Of a DNA stretch of 8,209 nt, positions 1 through 6,808 are shown piece by piece (position 1 is the first letter of the stretch; every line of letters begins with the position of its first letter). The translations under genes and the position numbers were made by a program. The DNA comes from Zygophlyctis sp. KS116 (lineage: Eukaryota > Fungi > Chytridiomycota). Location: the NCBI GenBank assembly GCA_054661495.1, contig BAAFSQ010000386.1, positions 1 through 8,209 on the forward strand, written 5' to 3'. The notes below the pieces were generated by a model, which worked only from the letters and a program-made list of their open reading frames with translations, was not told where the DNA came from and did no database searches.

Positions 1-102
1 GAGCGAATTAAAGAATAAACAAGGAAAGGATTAAAAAGTCTTTAATAAAAGATCAGACTGTCTACATAGATTAGACTGATTATTTCCGAAAGTTCCGCTG
101 AA

Positions 103-2520
103 ATGAATTCAAGAACTGCTATTGTCTTAAAGGACGTGTCGTTTGTTGAGAATGATAGAGGAGATGAAGAGGAAGTTGTGTTTAGACAAGACGCTGCTTG
201 GAATAAAAGTCTTAAAAGGAATACAAGAGAAAAACAAGCGCTAATTACAGTTACAAGTCCAGTCAAGAGTAATTTTAATTCGGATTTGGAAAAAACTATA
301 AAATGGATGAAAAATACTAGACAAGTCTCTGAGAAATTGGTTATAAATTTGTCGGAAAGATCTAAAGGCTATGAAGCGTATTTTCCTACGTTTACTCCTT
401 CTTTTCTCGGTGATGCAATCGCTGATCAGGATTTAGAAAAGGTTTTATTGGAATTTCAATCAAGTCCAATCAAGAAGAAGAAAAAGAAGAAGAAATCAAA
501 GAAAAAGATTCAAGGGACGCTATCAAAGACAGAGTCTGAAGCTACTCTTTTTCCAGAGACTGAAGATTACTCTTTGGATATATTATCAGGAAAAGATGAA
601 GAAGATGGAATTTCTCATCAGGAAAGTATTCAAGAATTTAATGGAAATTATGATAAAAATGATCAAAATGAATTCTGGGCAGTGCTAAATCCATTTTTGC
701 CGACACTTTTAATTTGGTCAGTTATAGAGTTTGTGCTAGAGATAAATTTGAAAGTGATTTCATTTTTTGGGGCTTGTACGGGTGTAAAATGGGATAAGAG
801 TCAAAAACAAGAGTCAAGTCTGGTTTTTAATTTAAAATCTCTAGAAAATAAGAGTTTGGATGAAATCAAGACAAATTTATCAGACTTTATTGCGGGATTA
901 ATGAAACAAAGAGGATTAGAAAAGGGTCTTGGACAAGAGTATGTAAAGATTATGAGAGAGGAACCAGAGATTCTTACTATGGGTCCAGAATGCAGGTATT
1001 ATTTGCTTTTTACTAAATTATAGCAAAGAAACAAGTTCAAGATTACATGCTTTGCTTTTGGCAAGTAGTTCTTCTTCAATAGTACTATTTTAAAAGTTAA
1101 ATTTAGATCCAATGCATCACATTTCGCTTAAAACATGCGCAAATGATTTTTCAAAAACTGTTTAATAATGGAGGACCTGTTGTTAATCTTGATGGGTTGT
1201 ATTTTAGGGAATCGTTCTCTCTGAAACTTTCTAAACTACTAACGCCTTTTTCTGTAGAGGATGTGAGGTGGTCAGAAAGTGTTATACGGCTAGAGTGTAG
1301 TAATGATCACAATGATGGCTGGATATCCATTTTGGTAGATGCGGATGAAAATACTTTACAGAATTTAAAAGAAAAGATGGGTAATGCAGTTTGTACTTAT
1401 TCTAGATGAAATCAATTCCGAATCTCAGTTTTATGATCAAGTACTAATTCCAACATCGCGTATTCAGACTTTACGGCATATTAATGCTCTTTTTGATGAG
1501 AGTACAATCTTGAGAGTATTTTTTTTAATTTTTAATTTTTAGTTATTGGCAAAAAAAGAGCCAGAGATTTCTTATGGATCGGAAGTTGTTTGTATTTTAA
1601 ATTTTAAGGCTCTTATTGATCTTGGAAAGATTTTATGTATTGCGCAAAAGAATGATTACGTCTTAACTGGTATGGAGACTATTAGAATTAGCAAGACTCA
1701 AATCAATGATATGTTCTCTACTAATATTTATAACCAAGATTACTATCAAATTCGGACGAAAGCAATTAAATTATTTTGTAATGGGCCCGCTATAGCTTTG
1801 TCTCTCTATAGAGCTAGAGATAGTATGGCATTGGCAATGGCCTTAGGTATTTATTGATGAATTAAAAGAAAGATCAGCATTATAAAAAATCAAATGATCA
1901 AATACCGCTTTTTTCGGATAGTATTCTTTTACCAGCTGATGAGCGGATGTCTCAAGATTGGTCTAAATTACTTTTTACCCATGGCCCTGTTTCGGGAATC
2001 AGATATGCACCTCTAGGAAATCAGGTATGCTGTTTTAACCCCTAATTCACAGCTCATTCCTACATCACTCCCTCTCTATTTCCATCTAACTAGATCACCA
2101 ACTGCTGTGCCCTTAAATCGTAATTTCGATTATTTTACGATTATTTTCTTGTCTTTTTCAAAGCTACTCTCGGAAAATCTGGAATCATGGGGTGATACAT
2201 TATCTAAAATTTTGCAAATTAAATCCGGTTCTGTACAGGTCAGAATAGAGAACTGTAATCTAGTCAATTTTAGTGCCAAAGTCGCCAGGGAATTTGCTTC
2301 AGGATGCGATCTCGATCCTTTGGGGACGCTCAGGTTGATTCACAGGGTAATTATTCATAAACTAAAACCAAAGCTGAGAAACGGAAATTGCCTGATGATG
2401 AGATTAAGCACGACACAGGCACTTTTTGATAAGCTGTGCGACAAGCAAGATATTTTAGGGGGTCCTTATGTTTTTTATGCTCCTCAGCTTGATGGACTAT
2501 ATAACCGCTTAGAGATTTAA
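103..2520 (+). CDS. Spliced gene, ~743 aa: low-complexity/charged N-terminus plus 3-4 degenerate nucleoside-diphosphate-kinase-like repeats; possibly DNAAF8/Daap1 (C16orf71)-like ciliary protein
   Basis: ORFs 103..1023, 1143..1409, 1546..1857 and 2107..2520 join into one frame via GT-AG introns 996-1023 (28 nt), 1082-1106 (25), 1381-1405 (25), 1516-1542 (27), 1847-1872 (26), 2025-2052 (28) and probably 2347-2373 (27, in-frame). Exons 103-995, 1024-1081, 1107-1380, 1406-1515, 1543-1846, 1873-2024, 2053-2346, 2374-2520 total 2232 nt = 744 codons. The NDK-like pattern is clearest in VVCILNFKALIDLGKILCIAQKNDYVLTGMETIRISKTQINDMF...LFCNGPAIALSL. The gene structure is well supported; the family call is by eye. 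An upstream exon cannot be excluded (TAG at 67-69 and 72-74). Confidence 0.75.
472..507 (+). repeat. AAG-rich low-complexity tract encoding K8-S-K3
   Basis: aagaagaagaaaaagaagaagaaatcaaagaaaaag, in frame within gene 1. Confidence 0.9.
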
Positions 2521-2541
2521 TTATTATAATATATTTTGTAT

Positions 2542-4089
2542 TTAATTCAATTTCTTCCAGTTGACTATAGATTTAAAAATATGGTCCAGAATATGCCTTG
2601 CGTCACGGGAAGTTTCCGGCAGATGCTCATTGATTCCGAGAAGTTGGCCACATTCCAGTATATAATATTCTATATCTTCATCATTACATTTGTTTGTCAA
2701 TTGAGAAAGACGAACTCTTGGAGTAGCAAATTGCTCATCCAAATCAAATAAATCTAAAGACGGTGGTGGCAATTCTTTCAACAATGGTACAAAAACGGCA
2801 GGCTGAAGTGCGGGAAGAGGAGTTTCAAACTGAAAAAATTATCTCTTATAAACATACCTGTGGTTGTATTAGAGTAAGAGGCTCTTGTTTGATTCCCATT
2901 TTGTCGTACAATTCTAATGCATCTGGTACAAGCGAATAATTATAAGAAAATAGGTTAGTGTCAAACATTGTCATAAAATCCTTTGGGATGTCTTCATATT
3001 CTTGTAAACAACTTTTTAAAGATTCTGAAAGTTTGATTGTGTCTGGTATGTAGTGATAGTCTGCAACCTATTTTGATTAAAATGTTTATCCATACATCAG
3101 GCTCGTTTGCATCAATCATATTCAATGAGATTTTATCTATCATGAATAAACTAGCCTTTACCTGTAATGCATAAATTGAGTAAAATATCAAAAAGCTTGT
3201 CATTTTCTTCCTTTTCCAAGTATCCATCAGCAAACATTTTAGCTGATCCAACAACTAAAAGCTTTCCTTTTCCATTCTAAAAAATTATCATTTTTTCCTT
3301 ACTGGAGAGACATATATAGCTGCCACGGGACGATTCAATGGATATGATACTGATCCAGACGATAGTAATGGGATAGCAGGCTTCTGAACATTTAATGTTG
3401 CTCCAAAAGGATACAAAAACGATAAAGAGCTATTATCAATTAGATAAATTATATGCACCTAGCGTTATCGTTTTCCTTGTAGTATTTTCTTTCTCCTGTG
3501 AGTGTTTCACTTGAGTTTTTTCCGGCAGCCTTATTCAATTCACGATTTAAAATCCCATTCATGACACAAACTTCCTTTGGATGAAAGTATTTATAGTAAA
3601 CTGTTCTAGTGACGCCATCTATAATTAATTTAGTAGAAATTAAAACCTGGATTTACAGACATTCCAAACTCTTCCAAAAGATAATTAAAATTTGTAGCAG
3701 ATGCAGACTCTCCTCCTTCCTCTGCCATATAAATGATTGATTTTCCCTTTTCCAAGAATGATTTTAGGACGCCAAACTGAAATTAGTAAATTTAGAATAG
3801 GAAAAGATCATTGATCGTTTCCATTTTAATCGCGATAAAACCATACCTCTGCCATTGTAAATTTCTCGCATGGTGCAGCGAATATTAAACAGCTTGCATC
3901 GCCCAGTTTTTCCAGATTCAAGTCTTCCTTGTTTAATCCAATTTTTGCAGAATTTCTTAATTTTCTTCCGAGGCTTTTGAGGCCATTTGTGGGTGACAAT
4001 GCTTCCTTTTTTGAAATATCAAATAGAATTGTAGGTATTGCAGACTGTTGTCCATTGTTCCTGTCGGTAAGTGTCACGTCCGTTAACAT
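2542..4089 (-). CDS. IFT52: Intraflagellar transport protein 52 (IFT-B core), 8 exons, 437 aa
   Basis: Exons (minus strand) 4089-3847, 3776-3647, 3618-3459, 3429-3303, 3276-3162, 3136-3096, 3067-2858, 2829-2542 total 1314 nt = 438 codons. Introns: 3846-3777 (70 nt), 3646-3619 (28), 3458-3430 (29), 3302-3277 (26), 3161-3137 (25), 3095-3068 (28), 2857-2830 (28), all GT-AG. The spliced protein has IFT52 hallmarks throughout: TILFDISKKE, APCEKFT, EEGGES..TNFNYLLEEFG, RTVYYKYFHPKE, LYPFGATLNVQKPA, YPLNRP, EPLTLIQPQFETPLPALQPAVF, ELPPPSLDLFDLDEQF, RLSQLTNKC, WKKLN. Confidence 0.97.
3777..3846 (-). other. IFT52 intron 1, a 70-nt length outlier containing two palindromic segments
   Basis: GTATGG...TTTACTAATTTCAG; required to join EKFTMAE to FGVLKSFL. 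Contains inverted repeats at 3800-3822 and 3824-3840. Confidence 0.9.
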
Positions 4090-4121
4090 TTTCGCGCAGT
4101 CGTGACGCGTTTACCGAGGAA
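4058..4121. repeat. Imperfect inverted repeat spanning the IFT52 start codon and the divergent spacer
   Basis: ttcc 4058-4061 / ggaa 4118-4121; tcggtaa 4064-4070 / ttaccga 4111-4117; gtgtcacg 4071-4078 / cgtgacgc 4101-4108 (one G-T pair); two 2-nt bulges. Confidence 0.6.
4090..4121. promoter_or_regulatory. Putative 32-nt divergent promoter spacer between IFT52 and PCD, with E2F/SCB-like (TTTCGCGC, 4090-4097) and MCB (ACGCGT, 4105-4110) motifs
   Basis: Head-to-head ATGs at 4089(-) and 4122(+). The segment is unusually CpG-rich for this AT-rich window and contains exact matches to TTTSSCGC, CGCGAAA (minus strand) and ACGCGT. Function is inferred. Confidence 0.5.
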
Positions 4122-4499
4122 ATGCACACTAGAAATACTTTTAGACTACTTTCTAGCATGAGTCTCCCTCAGCGATTATCTGAAACTCAGAGGCAGTCTC
4201 ATCTTAACGTTCTCGCTGTAAATGGATGGAATAAACTTAATGATCGTGATGCGATCAGTAAAAAGTTTGTTTTTAACGATTTCATTGCCGCTTTTGATTT
4301 CATGACCAAAGTTGCGATTCAATCAGAAAAAATGAATCATCATCCAGAAGTAATTTTATTATTGTAATAGTAGTGGTTCAATGTATATAATAAAGTAGAT
4401 GTTACTTTAAGTACACATGATTGCTCTGGATTATCAATGCTGGATGTAAAATTAGCCCAATATATGGATTCAGTCTATGATAATAAAAAATCTTCATGA
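4122..4499 (+). CDS. PCBD1: Pterin-4-alpha-carbinolamine dehydratase (PCD/DCoH/PhhB family), 2 exons, 117 aa
   Basis: ATG at 4122; exons 4122-4349 and 4374-4499 with a 24-nt intron 4350-4373. Splicing restores the family signature [34 protein letters not shown]|[32 protein letters not shown]. Alternative ATG at 4158. Confidence 0.95.
4350..4373 (+). other. 24-nt spliceosomal intron in PCD with a tandem TAGTAG acceptor
   Basis: GTAATTTTATTATTGTAATAGTAG; its removal restores the conserved HHPEW-x-NVYNKV motif. Confidence 0.92.
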
Positions 4500-6770
4500 T
4501 CAACTTTGATTATCTGCTGTTTTAGTATTGAACCATTCTGGCATCTTTTCATTTTTCTTGACCTCGGCTTCTTCCGCTACAACTAAAGCTTCAGGAAAGT
4601 ACTCTTCTACAAATTCTCGAACAGAGTTTGCTTCTCTCCAGTATTTTGGGCGGAGTCTAAAAGTATTCTCCATTTCATTATACATTCCAGGAGTTAATTG
4701 TAGATCATGATTAGCTAATTCCAAAATAACACATCGTATTTCTGAAGTCATTCCAAATGATGCAGCCATTGATAGTAAAAGTTTAAAGGATTCAACATTA
4801 AGACTAAACTTGTGTTCTTTTTCTAAAAATGAGATTAGAGCGGCAATTGTTCGTTGACGACCATATTTCTTTGCTGATCTTAACAAAATATTAATAGTTT
4901 CAGTAGAAGGAATTTGTTTAGATTCAATAAAATGTGTCCATACTTTAACGACATTAACAAAATCTTTTTGATCATTATAGATATTCATAATAAGTTGAGA
5001 AGTTTTTTCAGATATTGGCATCCCAAAGACTTGAAGTTCCTGGTATATGTGAAGAACTAATTCTCTTTTTGAATTACTTTCTAGAGATTGAACTATGTTT
5101 TCAGATTTTGAGTTATCATCTGCCATTGGTTGATATAAATCATGAATAATCAATTCAAATTCTGAAGCTCTTCCTTGAATGTACTCTCTAATTTGTCCAC
5201 TTAATGTAGAAGTATGAAGAGAAAACTTTCTCATAAACTGAATAGCTTTGGCTGCACCAGAGAAATTTCTTGCTAAAATATTTGATTCTAAAAGACTGCC
5301 CAGCACAGTGGCATCAGGCTGTCGATCTGCTTCAATCATTTCTTCGCATTTTGCATTTGCCTCGTCTAAACGATGACATTTCAAAAACAATTCAATATAA
5401 AGAGAAAAACTCTCTGCAGACGGTACATGTTTTTTTGGAGCATATGGATCTTCTTCCGCATCTGCCTTCATTCCAGCTTTTTCAACCGTCATTAAATTCC
5501 AGTAATTCTTCATCATTTCCAAATCTAAATTCTTTAATGCAAGACCAAAAATAATATTATAGATGCTTTCCGATATGAAGATTTTATTCTTCAGCATAAA
5601 ATTGAACAATGCAATCGTTTCCGAGACCAATTTTTTCTCACAATGCGCCTTTAAAAGTGTGCGATAAATAGGTCCAAGTCTTGGCAACTCCAATTTATGA
5701 AATTCATTAAATATCTCTACTGCTTTTTCCAAATCATCATTAAAACAAAATCCCGAAATCAATGACAAATAAGTAAACTGATCAGGCTCAATTCCCTTTT
5801 TCTTCATTTCTTCAAAAACTCGCAATGCTTCGTCACTTCTCTTCAAATGGAACAAACAATCCATATGAATATGATAAATCATTTTATGACATGTAATATC
5901 TATAAAATTTAGTTTTTCAACTGTACCTTTTTCCTCCATAAGTATTAAATACTCCAAAACCTTTTCATATTCCTTTTGAGCCTGATAACCCTTCATTAGA
6001 GTACAAACAAGTCTACTTTTAGACTCATTATCATAAGAATCTGATTCTAAAAGTTTTGACACCATTTTTTCTGCTGTAGGAATTCCATCCTTTAAAATTG
6101 TATGTTTTAGAATCACATCAACTATTCTAGGATGATCCTGATAGCCCAAATCATTAACAATATTTAGCACATATTCAAAATTTCTAAAATCATGAGTATC
6201 TTTAAGTGCCACATTTAACAAGTGCCTATAAATCTCTTCATTCACAAATAACCCCTCCTGTTTCATACTCTCAATAAAATCTAGAATCCCTTGAAAATGC
6301 CGTTCACTTTCAAAAGCCTGGATAATAGCCACATAAGAGTCCGAATTTAACTCAAACCCATCCATCTTCATTTCATACATGACTTGTCTTGAAGCCGTAA
6401 AATCATTATTTTTAACCAAGACTTTGAGATATGCATTATAGATTTCTGTATTTCTAGGAAGATTCAACTGTTTCATAATCGTCAAGATCTGTTGAATATC
6501 AGCGATTTTTGGCGAATGCCTATCGGCCAATAATTTGATCAAATTCAATGCATCTTCAAAAACCAACTGATCTCTTTCCTTTGAGACGGCAATATCTTCA
6601 AACTTGAAGAATGCAGAGACAGATCGCAGAGGATCTTTAGATTCCAAAATCTTTCTAAATCCCAAGAGATCCGGTTTTCTGATTGGATTGATCTTTTCAT
6701 TTGCCATTGTTGTAGATGTTGAAGGCTTATTGAGCATCGGCTTTAATCGGATCCTTTTCATCAATTTCAT
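4500..6770 (-). CDS. P-class pentatricopeptide repeat (PPR) protein, 756 aa, probably a mitochondrial RNA-binding factor
   Basis: Uninterrupted ORF with tandem ~35-aa helical repeats, e.g. IYNAYLKVLVKNNDFTASRQVMYEMKMDGFELNSD, IYHIHMDCLFHLKRSDEALRVFEEMKKKGIEPDQF, TYLSLISGFCFNDDLEKAVEIFNEF, IYRTLLKAHCEKKLVSETIALFNFMLKNKI. The basic, acid-free N-terminus (MKLMKRIRLKPMLNKPSTSTT) resembles a presequence. An in-frame TAA at 6800-6798 limits upstream extension. Confidence 0.92.
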   Translation of the reverse strand: MKLMKRIRLKPMLNKPSTSTTMANEKINPIRKPDLLGFRKILESKDPLRSVSAFFKFEDIAVSKERDQLVFEDALNLIKLLADRHSPKIADIQQILTIMKQLNLPRNTEIYNAYLKVLVKNNDFTASRQVMYEMKMDGFELNSDSYVAIIQAFESERHFQGILDFIESMKQEGLFVNEEIYRHLLNVALKDTHDFRNFEYVLNIVNDLGYQDHPRIVDVILKHTILKDGIPTAEKMVSKLLESDSYDNESKSRLVCTLMKGYQAQKEYEKVLEYLILMEEKGTVEKLNFIDITCHKMIYHIHMDCLFHLKRSDEALRVFEEMKKKGIEPDQFTYLSLISGFCFNDDLEKAVEIFNEFHKLELPRLGPIYRTLLKAHCEKKLVSETIALFNFMLKNKIFISESIYNIIFGLALKNLDLEMMKNYWNLMTVEKAGMKADAEEDPYAPKKHVPSAESFSLYIELFLKCHRLDEANAKCEEMIEADRQPDATVLGSLLESNILARNFSGAAKAIQFMRKFSLHTSTLSGQIREYIQGRASEFELIIHDLYQPMADDNSKSENIVQSLESNSKRELVLHIYQELQVFGMPISEKTSQLIMNIYNDQKDFVNVVKVWTHFIESKQIPSTETINILLRSAKKYGRQRTIAALISFLEKEHKFSLNVESFKLLLSMAASFGMTSEIRCVILELANHDLQLTPGMYNEMENTFRLRPKYWREANSVREFVEEYFPEALVVAEEAEVKKNEKMPEWFNTKTADNQS

Positions 6771-6808
6771 TTTACAAATTTTCAGACAAGAGAGAATTTA
6801 TTTCTTTT

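Noticed and set aside
1-18. Possible 3' end of an upstream gene (ERIKE-stop)
   Set aside because: Only five codons visible; cannot be supported.
42-266. 74-aa minus-strand ORF
   Set aside because: Antisense shadow of gene 1 exon 1; non-ATG start and no recognisable motif.
2536-2751. 71-aa plus-strand ORF
   Set aside because: Antisense to the conserved last exon of IFT52.
103-3254. Fragmented ORFs read as frameshifted pseudogenes or separate small genes
   Set aside because: Every break is bridged by a GT-AG segment of 25-28 nt that restores frame and, for IFT52, conserved sequence.
2994-3254. 86-aa minus-strand ORF as an independent gene
   Set aside because: Only DKISLNMIDANEPD (IFT52 exon 6) is real; the rest is intron and out-of-frame exon sequence.
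3817-3830. RFX X-box for the ciliary gene (GTTTCCAT...)
   Set aside because: Only a half-site; the second half (RGNAAC) is absent.
3777-3846. Intron-encoded snoRNA in the 70-nt IFT52 intron
   Set aside because: No box C (RUGAUGA) / box D (CUGA) pair or H/ACA layout, and too little room.
4071-4121. N-terminal extension of PCD from the GTG at 4071
   Set aside because: Non-ATG start in a eukaryote, overlapping the IFT52 start; ATG 4122 or 4158 is more plausible.
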